This document shows positions 10,401 to 21,894 of a stretch of DNA of 64,000 nucleotides, one piece after another (the first letter of the stretch is position 1; each line of letters begins with the position of its first letter). The DNA lies in assembly GCA_963749915.1 (NCBI GenBank), contig CAVVOP010000021.1, forward strand, positions 1-64,000, read 5' to 3'. The notes under the pieces are model-generated. The model saw nothing but the letters and a program-made list of their open reading frames with translations, ran no database searches and had not been told where the DNA came from. The DNA is from an uncultured cyanobacterium. Its GTDB lineage: Bacteria > Cyanobacteriota > Cyanobacteriia > Cyanobacteriales > Cyanobacteriaceae. Both the position numbers and the translations under genes were made by a program.

Positions 10401-10961
10401 TGGGAACAATGGCAATTAGCCCAATCTCAACGCCAGCCGTTACCGGGTCGAGGTGTTATGATTACTTTTGATGATGGTTATCTCGACTTTTTTGAATATG
10501 CCTGGCCACTACTGAAAAAATATGGTTTTACAGCCACCGTTTTTTTAGTAGCTGATCTAATTGGTAAATCTAACTGTTGGGATCAAGCTTTTGGAGAAGA
10601 TATTCCCTTAATGGCATGGCCAGAAATTCAACAACTACAAGGAGAAGGGGTAGAATTTGGTTCCCATTCTGCTACTCATAAACCTTTAACTGCTGTTACT
10701 AATGAGGAGTTAGTACAGGAATTAACGCGATCGCGTACTATTTTAGAACGAGGTTTAGGAGTACCTATCAGAACCATTGCTTATCCCTATGGGGATTTTA
10801 ACCCCATTGTGGAACACTTTGCAGGAGGGTGTGGCTATACTTTTGGCGTAACGTGTCGTTCTGGGTTGAGTCAATTTAGCCATCGCTTATTGGCTTTACC
10901 TCGCCTTGAAGTTATGGGAAATTATACCTTACCAGAATTTGTTAATTTACTAAGCCGTTAA
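7491..10961 (+). CDS. Trifunctional GT2 / NodS-like SAM methyltransferase / NodB-like polysaccharide deacetylase
   Basis: N-terminal GT2 (DADD, EDWD). Central DPWKY..LELACAEG..FDLVVCSEVLYY. C-terminal LMYHRV..TFDDGY..SHSATH..AYPYG. Confidence 0.88.
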   Translation: MNVSVIIPAYNAAQTLEETIKSLQAQTLPHWEAIIIDDGSRDETAEIANKLALEDSRLRVITQANGGVCAARNRGIAEADFDWLLFLDADDWIAPQYLEKMTGAIAADPNLDAVHCGWTRVALDGTSMGEKYAPNVTDLFPQLARHCPFAIHACIIRKALVKAAGGFDLSFPICEDWDLWQRIARTGVRFGALQEVLAFYRMRPKSLSRDAQQFFIDAIRVLERGHSADPRVLNPDPHYTQGQPKAELPSLKFSLSSWLAGLFLGEGKDARHLLDKLKNEKAPDLDPYLIANNLFESIPLPSCQSLEQWYTLWPKVEGVLQDFLTALEIQSQGFGLSRRTLKILEILILEKTQILNFLQIGTTYGVSVEITEPILDIFAPENSDRLYCQITLEETELGRLELPVIDGKVTAWVLKDAIATQFSWPILGKFFEYTLYTPEQVKEHNSLGWTVFLQQIWGKPDWEGGDFYNANFAEAEVTVKSLDNANPLMIEVSGELFDIAVNVPEIDIILTVGGVAIGTFSLPVENNLITAQSLRVALTIETGLELCRVCVREALIGQSLEDATPLRWRLAKLVQHQASQGLIYSQSSLSTSNLWCAQSVILGRQWGTINSTISRRVMFPKTTATELIRMAQVTQTPLIQIPPPGEFVKQIIYAPDVIGNYSKSIVQTAVSVPANLPQNFYNREHFETLFSSKADPWKYTSPYEQVKYEQTLSLLPKKRIEKALELACAEGHFTAQLAPLVEDLIAADISQVALERTAQRCAKFNHIKYQQIDLVKDPLPGQFDLVVCSEVLYYVGSLKNLQAVSQKIADALEPGGYILIAHANQIIDEPDKPGFDWGLAFGAKVIGETFASLPSLHLAKAIQTPLYRVQLFRRYPKIRLPWQRFQPQITVLEEQPTALPPEVEAHVKWEGGQPSQWGELETILTETLPILMYHRVAPSGSEKMRTYRVTPEAFEEQLCYLKDGGFYSVSWEQWQLAQSQRQPLPGRGVMITFDDGYLDFFEYAWPLLKKYGFTATVFLVADLIGKSNCWDQAFGEDIPLMAWPEIQQLQGEGVEFGSHSATHKPLTAVTNEELVQELTRSRTILERGLGVPIRTIAYPYGDFNPIVEHFAGGCGYTFGVTCRSGLSQFSHRLLALPRLEVMGNYTLPEFVNLLSR

Positions 10962-10966
10962 CTATT

Positions 10967-12220
10967 ATGCAAGATGCAATTATCGTTCATCGTTTAGGAA
11001 AACGTTATGGCCGTTACCACACCCACAAACCTGTCACCATTATGGAAGCAGCTTTATCTGGGTTTCGAGGATTGAGATCCTTAGAAAAGTTTTGGGCGTT
11101 GCGAGAGATAAGTTTTACCGTCGCCCCTGGTCAAATGCTTGGTATTATTGGCCAAAATGGAGCGGGAAAATCTACCCTATTACAATTGCTTGGAGGTGTG
11201 GGAATGCCCGATGAAGGCAAGGTTAAAGTTGAGGGTAGGATTGGGGCATTACTTGATTTAGGGGCGGGTTTTTCCCCCGATTTAACAGGGCGAGAAAATG
11301 TCTTTATCAACGGGGTTGTCGCGGGGTTGACTCGTCGGAAAGTAACCAGGCGACTAGATGAGATTGTAGCTTTTGCTGAGTTAGAGGATTTTATTGATAA
11401 TCCTGTGCGTACCTACAGTACAGGAATGATGATGCGGTTGGCTTTTGCAACGGCGATTCATACCGAGCCAGATATTATGCTAGTGGATGAATTTCTCTCC
11501 GTGGGAGATTTATCTTTTCAGGCAAAATGTTTAGAGCGAATTACTCAGTTAAAAGCCCAAGGTTGTGCTATTGTTTTAATTTCCCATAGCACTGACCAAG
11601 TACAGGAACTTTGCGATCGCGTTCTTTGGTTGCGTCATGGCCAAGTAATAGCTTATGGGGAACCAGAAGTGGTGGCGGGACAATATGTAAGTGAAATGCG
11701 CCAAGAGACTCAAAAACGCACTCCTATCCGTCCCCCCCAAATGACCAAAGGAGGAATTGAACTACGAGTTAATGAAAATCGCTTTGGTTCTTTAGAAGTG
11801 GAAATTATTGATGTTCAACTGTTGCCCACCAGTGAAATTAATAGTGGGGATGGGCTAACAGTTGAAATTGAATATTTGGCTTCAAAATCCATTGACGCAC
11901 CAATTTTTAATGTTTCGATTACTCAGGAGGATGGCCAAGTTTGCTTGAATACGAATACCAAAAATCGAGGCTTATTGCTACCTATTATTAAAGATAAAGG
12001 TAAGATTAGAGTTTCTTTTGAACGTTTAGATTTACAAGGAGGAAACTATTTTGTTAATGTAGGCATTTATGAACTAAATTGGGCTTATGCCTACGATTTT
12101 CACTGGCACGTCTATCCCTTGGTGGTACAATCGTTCCTCTGTGGCACTGGTATTCTCAGTCCCCCTTGTCGTTGGGAGATTCCTAAGCCGTCCGTTGTTC
12201 ATCTCAAACCACTAATGTAA
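10967..12220 (+). CDS. wzt: ABC exporter ATPase with a Wzt C-terminal carbohydrate-binding domain
   Basis: GQNGAGKST, YSTGMMMRLAF, VDEFLSVGD and a C-terminal extension ending G.YFVNVGI. Confidence 0.92.
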   Translation: MQDAIIVHRLGKRYGRYHTHKPVTIMEAALSGFRGLRSLEKFWALREISFTVAPGQMLGIIGQNGAGKSTLLQLLGGVGMPDEGKVKVEGRIGALLDLGAGFSPDLTGRENVFINGVVAGLTRRKVTRRLDEIVAFAELEDFIDNPVRTYSTGMMMRLAFATAIHTEPDIMLVDEFLSVGDLSFQAKCLERITQLKAQGCAIVLISHSTDQVQELCDRVLWLRHGQVIAYGEPEVVAGQYVSEMRQETQKRTPIRPPQMTKGGIELRVNENRFGSLEVEIIDVQLLPTSEINSGDGLTVEIEYLASKSIDAPIFNVSITQEDGQVCLNTNTKNRGLLLPIIKDKGKIRVSFERLDLQGGNYFVNVGIYELNWAYAYDFHWHVYPLVVQSFLCGTGILSPPCRWEIPKPSVVHLKPLM

Positions 12221-12240
12221 CTAATTATTTTGGGAGATCT

Positions 12241-12693
12241 GTGATGATTGATTTTAATAATGCGAAAGACAATCTTTTGAAAGCACTCAGAAATTTTAAC
12301 AATGAGACATGGAATGACTTTTTAAATAACCCAATGATTCTCTGGGCCCCTCCTCTCAATAGTTCCCATCTCAAAAATTGTCACTTAATTGAAAGTCGTG
12401 AAAAAATGCTAGAGTATCTCCCTCACGGAGGTGTAGTTTGTGAGGTCGGCACCCAATATGGCAAATTTGCTGAAAAAATTCTTTCTATTACCTCTCCTCA
12501 AAAGTTCCACATTATCGATCTCAGTCTATCTTGGTTTAAACAGGAACTTAAAAATAACCCTGACAAGCAACTTTTGTCAGAAAAAATAGCAGACAATACC
12601 GTTAAACTTCATGAAGGAGATTCATCGACAATCCTAGCAGGATTTCCTGACAATTACTTTGATTGGATTTATATTGATGGAGATCATTCCTAG
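12241..12693 (+). pseudogene. C-terminally truncated class I SAM methyltransferase
   Basis: EVGTQYG and FDWIYIDGDHS motifs, then an immediate TAG. The next gene starts 16 bp later. Confidence 0.65.
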
Positions 12694-12708
12694 GAGAATT
12701 TCGTAAAT

Positions 12709-13947
12709 ATGGAATCAGCCAAAAAGTTTGCTCGATTTGAAGAATTGGATTTAATGAGAGGATTTGCTGCTTGTTGGATAGTAGGACTCCACTTTTGGTA
12801 TGTTAATCTAATTCCTAAATTTTTAGGGTATAAAAATTTCTTTGATTACATTGAGCAATTTGGTCAGGCTTATAGTATAGCCAAATTTCTTCCCCTTCCT
12901 TTAACAACAGCGGGAAATCTTCTTTTTAATAGCTTGAATAGTTTTTTTATACTAGGCTATCAAGGGGTGCATATCTTCTTTGTTCTAAGCGGGTTTGGAC
13001 TAACTTATTCCATGGTTTTAAAACCGGAAAAAAGCTGGCTAAATTTTACCCATAAAAAATTTATCAGAATTTATCCCACCTACTGGCTACTTTTAATTTT
13101 CTGTATTTTAATACCTTGGCTAAGATTTCAACTTTTTTTTGGATATCCTGACTTTAGTATTCCTTCAATGGCAAGAAGCTTTCTGCTATTAGATAAAGCT
13201 ATTCCCTATTCCTGGTTCATGTTTCCTTTAATTCAATTCTATCTAGCATTTTTTCTACTATTCAGATTATTAAACAAATATTCAATGCGCCGTTTTTTAG
13301 TGGGTTCATTCTTGATAAAATTTATCTATACTTTGTCTATTTTAATGCTTAGTTATTATGTTTATCCTAATCTGTTAGGCGACGGAGCCTACCCTGGTTA
13401 TATTGCAATTTCAAGATTGTTTGAGTTTTCCTTGGGTATGGTTTTTGCCAAAGTCTATGTAAATAATCCTCAACAATTAATCAATTACTTAACCAATATA
13501 AAAATAATTATTTTAGCCATTATTTGTGAATTTATAGGAATCTTGGGATCTTTTAAATTTACCAATGAAATAACCATTTTAAATTATCAAATACCTTTGG
13601 GCATTTCTGTTTACGATGCTCTGATTGGTTTTGGTATATTTGTAATTATTTTCAACGTTGTCAGACTAATAATTAAATTTTCTAATTTATTAAATACCTT
13701 CTTCAGCTTTGTCTCAAAATTGTCCTATGAGTTCTATTTAACTCAATTTATATCTTTGTTGATAATTACAAAACTCTTTTATCTGTTTATCCCCAAAGAA
13801 TCTTCACTATTGACCTCTGGGAGATCAATTTTACTTTACATACTGGCCCTTAATATTAGTATATTTGTTTCGCTATTATTGCAAAATATAACCAATTTAA
13901 TACTAAAAAAAAATTGTTTAATAGCAAGAGAAATTAGAAATAAATAA
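12709..13947 (+). CDS. Acyltransferase-3 (OafA-like) membrane O-acyltransferase
   Basis: LDLMRGFA, GVHIFFVLSGF, RIYPTYW, RLFEFSLGM and SYEFYL motifs. Confidence 0.88.
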   Translation: MESAKKFARFEELDLMRGFAACWIVGLHFWYVNLIPKFLGYKNFFDYIEQFGQAYSIAKFLPLPLTTAGNLLFNSLNSFFILGYQGVHIFFVLSGFGLTYSMVLKPEKSWLNFTHKKFIRIYPTYWLLLIFCILIPWLRFQLFFGYPDFSIPSMARSFLLLDKAIPYSWFMFPLIQFYLAFFLLFRLLNKYSMRRFLVGSFLIKFIYTLSILMLSYYVYPNLLGDGAYPGYIAISRLFEFSLGMVFAKVYVNNPQQLINYLTNIKIIILAIICEFIGILGSFKFTNEITILNYQIPLGISVYDALIGFGIFVIIFNVVRLIIKFSNLLNTFFSFVSKLSYEFYLTQFISLLIITKLFYLFIPKESSLLTSGRSILLYILALNISIFVSLLLQNITNLILKKNCLIAREIRNK

Positions 13948-13960
13948 TTCACCAAAATCT

Positions 13961-15583
13961 ATGGTCAAAATCAACAATTCTCGAACTAAAACTTATCTCA
14001 TCCTTATCATTCTGGTTATTGCCGCAATTCTGCGATTCAATCATATCACACAGCCGTTTGTTGATACCTTTTCTTGGCGACAGGCCAGTACGGCGATGAT
14101 GGCCGATAACTTCTACCGCCGAAACTGGAATATTTTTTATCCAGAAATAAGTTGGGATGGTCCGGCTCCCAGTTACAACGGAAGGGAATTCCAAACAGTT
14201 AGTTATTTAGCAGCCCTAATCTACTTAGTTGTAGGTCAGCATGACTGGGTTGGTCGCAGTATAGCTGCGATATTCGGTATCTGGGGAATTTATGCCCTTT
14301 ATCGACTTGTCCGACTTGTCTGGGATGAAGAACGTGCACTTGTTAGTGCTGCTGTGATGGCTCTACTACCAGGAAGTATTTTTACAGATCGCTCTTTCCT
14401 TCCTGATCCGGTAATGGTATCCCTAGTAACCACCAGTTGCTGGATGCTGGTAAGCTATTTACAAACTAATAGCTGGAAGTATTTAGTCCTGGCAGGCACT
14501 ATCGGAACCTTGGGTTTTCTCACGAAAATTCCTGGTTTAATTATTGGCATTCCCATGCTATATGCCGTAGCAGCGATTCTTGGGTACAAGCAAGCTCTTC
14601 ATCCCAAACGGCTTCTCCCAATACTTGTAACTGCTCTGCTGTCAATACCCACGGTCATCGCCTACTACCTCTGGGCTAGACATTTAGCCCTTACCTATCC
14701 CCCCTATCACTTCGCAGGAAGTAGCAATTGGCTTTGGAACAACGGACTTAATAATTGGTTTGAGCAAAAATACTATTTGCCAGAGTTCTTCGCAGAGCTA
14801 AGATGGTCCATGTGGACTTATCCGGTTATTGCATTGGTTGGGTTGGGTATTATATTTCCTCCTCCTCAAGAAAGACAGGAGCAAAAATCTTCCCCTAACA
14901 AACAGTTAACGACTGAGTTGGTCAAGCCACGGTGGTTATTTCATTGGTGGATATTTGCTTGTGCTATTTATTACCTGATCGGTGCCCGGCAACTGGTTAG
15001 CAATCCCTGGAATATACATCTGTTTAGCCCCGCTGCGGCTGCGCTAGCTGGTCATGCTCTTATCTCCATAGCTGCGTTTTTAGCTAAGTTTGTACGTAAG
15101 TTTGCACAACCATTTGTTCCACTTATTTTCATCCTCATCACCCTCTTAACAATTGGGAATTTTAGCTATAAAAATCTAAAATATATGTATGCACCATTCA
15201 AGGATGAAAGCTATAAACTTGGCTTAACATTAAGGGAAATTTCTCAACCGGGCGATTTAGTTGTGACTATGGCAAGTCAACTTGGTGACCCTAATGTTAT
15301 TTACTATAGTCAGCGCAGAGGTTGGACGTTTCCCCCGGCAATTCCCACTATTGATTGGAGCAAGCTTCCAGAAAATGATCAGGATTCAATAGCAATGTTT
15401 GAACAATTGCGAAATAAGGGAGCCGATTGGCTTGCCATTGCTGATGAGCGAAAAAAAGATTTCTGGCAGTATCACCCCGTTCTAGTAGACTACATTAACA
15501 AAAACTGTGAATTAAAAAAGAAAACCTCCGCAGGCGTTATTTATCGAATTCTGAGTCCACAAGAACTGGAAAAGAAATTTTAA
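13961..15583 (+). CDS. ArnT/PMT-like GT-C membrane glycosyltransferase
   Basis: Multi-TM protein with WRQASTAM, FLPDP and LTK motifs and a soluble C-terminal tail. Confidence 0.82.
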   Translation: MVKINNSRTKTYLILIILVIAAILRFNHITQPFVDTFSWRQASTAMMADNFYRRNWNIFYPEISWDGPAPSYNGREFQTVSYLAALIYLVVGQHDWVGRSIAAIFGIWGIYALYRLVRLVWDEERALVSAAVMALLPGSIFTDRSFLPDPVMVSLVTTSCWMLVSYLQTNSWKYLVLAGTIGTLGFLTKIPGLIIGIPMLYAVAAILGYKQALHPKRLLPILVTALLSIPTVIAYYLWARHLALTYPPYHFAGSSNWLWNNGLNNWFEQKYYLPEFFAELRWSMWTYPVIALVGLGIIFPPPQERQEQKSSPNKQLTTELVKPRWLFHWWIFACAIYYLIGARQLVSNPWNIHLFSPAAAALAGHALISIAAFLAKFVRKFAQPFVPLIFILITLLTIGNFSYKNLKYMYAPFKDESYKLGLTLREISQPGDLVVTMASQLGDPNVIYYSQRRGWTFPPAIPTIDWSKLPENDQDSIAMFEQLRNKGADWLAIADERKKDFWQYHPVLVDYINKNCELKKKTSAGVIYRILSPQELEKKF

Positions 15584-15627
15584 CTAGATACTCTACCACT
15601 AGACCAAGCCCCTTTTAACACTCATTT

Positions 15628-17275
15628 TTAAAAGGACTCAACTGCTCCCATATCATAGCCTAAACCTTTAAAGAGAGAAGTACCATTAAAGTCTTGAGTT
15701 CCTGGATTAATACCAAAGAGTTGATTTAAGTTCAATCCCTTGTCAATCAGTTGTGATGTTGAACCTAGTGTATAGGCATTTAAGGTGTTCAGTAAATCAG
15801 GATTCCCAATGGTTGTTCCGCCTCCAGGATTAGTGAATAAAGGATCCACACTCAAGCCAACATTTTCCCAGCAACCTTTTCTTGTCCTGTTGCAGTACGC
15901 CAACTGTCAAGACTATTATATGTTGCTCCATTCCAGTTAATCTTGAAGGTTGTGCCTGAGGAATAGTAATCATTCCCTTGGAAAAGGAGATCTGTTGCTG
16001 TCTGAGAGATTGACTATCTACTACGGCAAACTGTTTTTAGTGTTAAAGATGTTATTCCGAATGTAGAATGCGAAGATTTAAAGTCTGAATTCCTCCATTC
16101 CAGATGAGTAAGGCCCGGGGAATGCCCAGTAGCCGCACTCATAAAAACGGTATTGTTATAGATTTCGGTATTGCTAACTTTTCCGTAAAAACTCTAATCC
16201 CTCCATAGCTGTTTTTTTTGCCATCATTCTGACTAATATTGTAGCGAACAATATTGTTAGTAAAATTCTGATTATTGACGATATGACAAAGCAGATAACC
16301 GGCTCCATCATTGTCGTGAGAGTAGTTATATTGCATGATGGAATTAGAGACGTTTCGATCGAGATCAAATCCTCCTCCATCGGCTTTCCCTCCAGTGTGG
16401 TTATTGTAAGACTCGTTGTACTGAATTGTAATTCCTTTGGAATCGTAAGCCCAAATCCCAACAGGTCCCTCTGGGGCATCACAGAGACTTCCATTATTAT
16501 AGGCGACTGATCTTTCTATCGTTCCCCCATTGACACCACCGAGGACAATTCCATTACCAGTGGGATTGGGATCGCCAGCTACCCCTAAATTGTTGTAGGC
16601 TTTCACATGACCAATATAAACATTTTCATGGACGTTAGGGATTTGAGCGTAGGTAATTAAGCCTCCCTCACCATTATCATGGGTCAGGACGTCGGTAACC
16701 TTTACATTGCGAAAGCCACTTTGCTGATTCCATCCGCCGATGGCAATGCCGTAGCCTCGAAAACCACTAACATCTACATTCTTAATCGTAATGCCGTCGA
16801 GCTTGACGTTATTCGCCAAATCGTTGTAGGCGACGATCCCCTCCCCAGTATTGGTAGATATACCCGATCCAACGATCTTTAAATTGGAGATGTTATAGCC
16901 AGCAACATCGTAGATGAACATAGCATTACCAGTCCCCGCATTAATGGTGGCTGTCCCTCCTGTACCATAGGAACTAATGGTAATGGGTGCAGTGGGAGTA
17001 CCGGCATCCTCTTGAGTAAAGCTGAGATTGCCACTATAACCGTAACCTCTTTGTAATAAAACCTGATCTCCTGGGTTGAGGTCTAAACTATTAATCTTGG
17101 ATAGGGATTTCCAAGCACTTGTAGGCGAGGTTCCAGCATTTTCATCATTTCCTGTAGGACTGATATAGTAGGTCTTGGCCTCAGTGGTTCTCCCACTACT
17201 AACTGGTGCGACCATCTGAACCTGTGGGCTACTGGTATAGAGAGTAGGAGCCTGATAACTGCCGATAGCTAACAT
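15628..17275 (-). pseudogene. Right-handed beta-helix repeat protein, broken by several frameshifts (or sequence errors)
   Basis: YYISPTGND..PGD, DGGGFDLD and Asn ladders. Alternate frames continue YGKVSNTEIYNNT, YIRNNIF and FQGNDYY..WRTATGQE into the 15628-15903 ORF, which ends DMGAVESF. Confidence 0.8.
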
Positions 17276-17367
17276 ATCTGCTATTAATTAATCTAATATT
17301 TAGGATTTAAGACGATTTCCGAGCTCATTTTCTCAATGTTTATACTACTACTTAGCGTAATGGGCAT

Positions 17368-18348
17368 TTAATTCTCCGACAGGCTGCAAGACTTTAACTG
17401 TTGAACACTCGGTTCTTGAATAGCAGAATTACTGGTTTGAGCTAGGTAAATTCCGGTGAGAATCACGACGAATCCTACCCAAGTTATGGGAGTAAGACTT
17501 TCAGCCAAAATACCCCAAGCTAATATAGCACTGATAATCGGTTCTAAGAGTAAAAACAGAGAGATAAAACCCGAAGAAAACTTATCCATACAATCTGCCA
17601 GAAGTCTTTGTCCCAAACCCTCAGAAATAATCCCTAATCCTATTACCCCTGACCAAGCTGTTAGGGAAGCAGGAAAGAACTGATTTTCCGTCAGCACAAC
17701 GATGGGGATCAGGAATAAACTACCTAACACACAACGCCACAGTAGAATAGTCGTAGCCGAAAACCGATTTCTTAATTGTTCGACTACCAAGAAGTAAACC
17801 CCCAGAAAAGCCGCCGATAAAAGAGCATAAATATCTCCGATTAAATTACCGTCGGAATTATGTAGATCCTCCAAACCTAAGCCGATCGCCCCTGATAAGG
17901 CAATTGTCATTCCCAGGAGAAACTTGTTATCAAAGCGTTTACTTAAGAATAACCAGCCCCCTAAGCTGGTAAAGACAGGAGTAAGATTATTTAAGAGCAT
18001 GGATTTAGCCACAGTGGTATATTCCAGGGATATTGCCCAAAGTCCCAAGGTGGTGATGGAAATAATCCCCACTGCCCACAGGAGAATCCACTGTCTTTTC
18101 GTGATTGGTTGTTTCTGTGCCTCTTCTGGAGGGGAAGAGAAGTGATGGCTAATTCCCTTACCCATGCCAAAAATTACGGCGAAGATAAACAAGCGATTAA
18201 ATACTGTGGCATTTGCACCTAATTCCGTCTCACTGAAACGAATAAAGATCGGGGCAAAGGACACTGCCACTAAAGCCAGAGAAAGGTTAAAAAAGGCAAT
18301 AACATTAGACTTGCCCTCAAACTGACGAGAAAGTTCAAGCTGGATCAT
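17368..18348 (-). CDS. EamA/DMT-family transporter
   Basis: About 10 TM segments in two repeats. APIFIR, GDIYAL and LLEPI motifs. Confidence 0.9.
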   Translation of the reverse strand: MIQLELSRQFEGKSNVIAFFNLSLALVAVSFAPIFIRFSETELGANATVFNRLFIFAVIFGMGKGISHHFSSPPEEAQKQPITKRQWILLWAVGIISITTLGLWAISLEYTTVAKSMLLNNLTPVFTSLGGWLFLSKRFDNKFLLGMTIALSGAIGLGLEDLHNSDGNLIGDIYALLSAAFLGVYFLVVEQLRNRFSATTILLWRCVLGSLFLIPIVVLTENQFFPASLTAWSGVIGLGIISEGLGQRLLADCMDKFSSGFISLFLLLEPIISAILAWGILAESLTPITWVGFVVILTGIYLAQTSNSAIQEPSVQQLKSCSLSEN

Positions 18349-18419
18349 TTTCTATGTTGATGATTTATCTAGTCCTTATTTCCCAATTTAGAACAAGTTA
18401 ATTTCAGCAGTAAATTTTA

Positions 18420-18437
18420 TTTACATATATTTACCAA
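18420..18437 (+). promoter_or_regulatory. HLR1-like (RpaB-type) direct repeat TTTACATA-TA-TTTACCAA
   Basis: Matches (G/T)TTACA(T/A)(T/A)-N2 x2 with one mismatch, upstream of the DMT gene. AT-rich context, so possibly chance. Confidence 0.3.
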
Positions 18438-18448
18438 ATCTTTCCAAA

Positions 18449-19213
18449 TCACTGATTCTCCCATGCCCTATCAGTTTCAACCGAGGATGGAACAGCTCGA
18501 CCCCAACTTCTCTGGCTATAAGGCCATAAAAAAACATTGAACAGCCGCACTCCTAGTTGTTCCCTATATCCGAAGGTCTTCTGGTCATACAAACTTACCA
18601 CCGCTTTGAGTCGATCAGCCAAGGCCATACAGCTGCGAAAACCCTGAGTTGTATAACATTGAATGTCAAGCTGATTGCACCGCCCCTGAGACACCTTAGC
18701 CACCTGAAATGGCTGAATGCTGCAAAAAATCGGTTTCTCGTATTGAAAACCTAGAGACTGAAACTCTCTCCCTGAGTAATGAGCAAAAAAATGATCATCC
18801 ACTTGAATTCCATCCCCATGACGAGCCTCATGGATCAGTTCTGCCACTGTCAGAGAGCGATACTGAGGAGACTGGACCCAGACCACTGGAATCAACTTCT
18901 GCTCTCTCGCCTCCTGGCTAACCTGCTGCTGCACCCCATCAGGGACTCCACGAAAATCCAAAAAGACCACCTTATAGTTTTGTCTTTGGATCTCCCTCAT
19001 AACCTGGCTGAGGGTGTCGGTAGAGGAGTGAAAGCGAATTTGCGGTTGGGACAGCCACGTGCCATTGGGGACTCCTCCGAGGGCTAATCCTGACCATAGC
19101 CATCCCCATAGAGTTGCCCCCAAAATTCCCAGAGCCCTTCCCTCTCTAGTTAGAGAGAAACTGCGAGGGCAATTTTCTTTAGCTCGTCGGCGATCTTTCT
19201 TATTCATTAACAA
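18449..19213 (-). CDS. Hypothetical exported protein with a GHL10-like DGIQVDDHF motif
   Basis: Hydrophobic N-terminal segment followed by an alpha/beta pattern. Start uncertain. Confidence 0.6.
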   Translation of the reverse strand: MLMNKKDRRRAKENCPRSFSLTREGRALGILGATLWGWLWSGLALGGVPNGTWLSQPQIRFHSSTDTLSQVMREIQRQNYKVVFLDFRGVPDGVQQQVSQEAREQKLIPVVWVQSPQYRSLTVAELIHEARHGDGIQVDDHFFAHYSGREFQSLGFQYEKPIFCSIQPFQVAKVSQGRCNQLDIQCYTTQGFRSCMALADRLKAVVSLYDQKTFGYREQLGVRLFNVFLWPYSQRSWGRAVPSSVETDRAWENQ

Positions 19214-19331
19214 TAACCCTAATCCAAACTTTTCTTTTTTCTCCTTCTCCCTTGTCCACTTTCCCCCCTTGTCTGCCTTGTCTCACCCCCATGATAACTT
19301 TTATGTAAAAAACCTACACTTGTGAGGGGGA

Positions 19332-21149
<1,818 letters not shown>

Positions 21150-21151
21150 GG

Positions 21152-21835
21152 TTACGATTTTCCTGCAAATACGTCTGTGAATTTTTCGATTCCCGAATCA
21201 ACCAGTTTCCTGAACCGCTTGACGGCAGCCTCTCCCTTGTAGCGAACCCAGCGATCAATCATACTCCAACGCATCAGATAAATAACCACTGCCTCAAAAT
21301 CGAAGTAGTGTCTGGCCCCCACGCGATCGAGCATTTGCCAGTTGATTTCAAACTGCAAGCGTTCAAGACCAACTAAGTCATTGGCAGTCAGCAGGCTGTT
21401 AGCTGAGGACACCCAAGGAAAGATGGGTTCTAGGTGAAAGGCGGGTTCACTCCAGTGTCTTTCAAGGAAACTGACCCAATTTCCGACTCCCCAAATTTGT
21501 CCTCTGGGTGGTTCGTTCTCCCCCCGATGACGGCGGCGTAAGGCCGCTACGATAGTGCGGAGAGTGAGGCGGTGTTCCACCACTTCCCCCAGGGTAGGGT
21601 TGTCCACCTCCTCAAAGAAGTGTTTGGCTTCTTGAACAAACTGAGTATCAGTCTGTGCCATGGGCTGTTCTGACCAGGCAATCAGTTTGGCAATGCGGTT
21701 CAGGAGTTCTCGGTCCTCGGCCTCCAGCAGTTTCAAACGACTTTCCAGTTTGAGTCGGGAAATGGGAGTTTGCGATGCTTCAAAAAGCTTCCCTAAGGGA
21801 GGAAGGCTCGACATTAGAGTAATATATTTAGTCAT
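21152..21835 (-). CDS. DUF2764-type V/A-ATPase subunit C-like protein
   Basis: Y..LMSSLP and HYFDFEAV..Y..RW motifs. Lies between subunits E and A. Confidence 0.78.
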   Translation of the reverse strand: MTKYITLMSSLPPLGKLFEASQTPISRLKLESRLKLLEAEDRELLNRIAKLIAWSEQPMAQTDTQFVQEAKHFFEEVDNPTLGEVVEHRLTLRTIVAALRRRHRGENEPPRGQIWGVGNWVSFLERHWSEPAFHLEPIFPWVSSANSLLTANDLVGLERLQFEINWQMLDRVGARHYFDFEAVVIYLMRWSMIDRWVRYKGEAAVKRFRKLVDSGIEKFTDVFAGKS

Positions 21836-21894
21836 GGTTTTCAAGAGGGGGTGAGGTTTTTAAGTGGGTTTCTGACCTCTGCTTCCTGTGTTCT

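Noticed and set aside
7491..13947. True Nod-factor (lipochitooligosaccharide) pathway
   Set aside because: The GT2 lacks the QxxRW motif and TM segments of processive NodC, there is no NodA, and the exporter is Wzm/Wzt-type.
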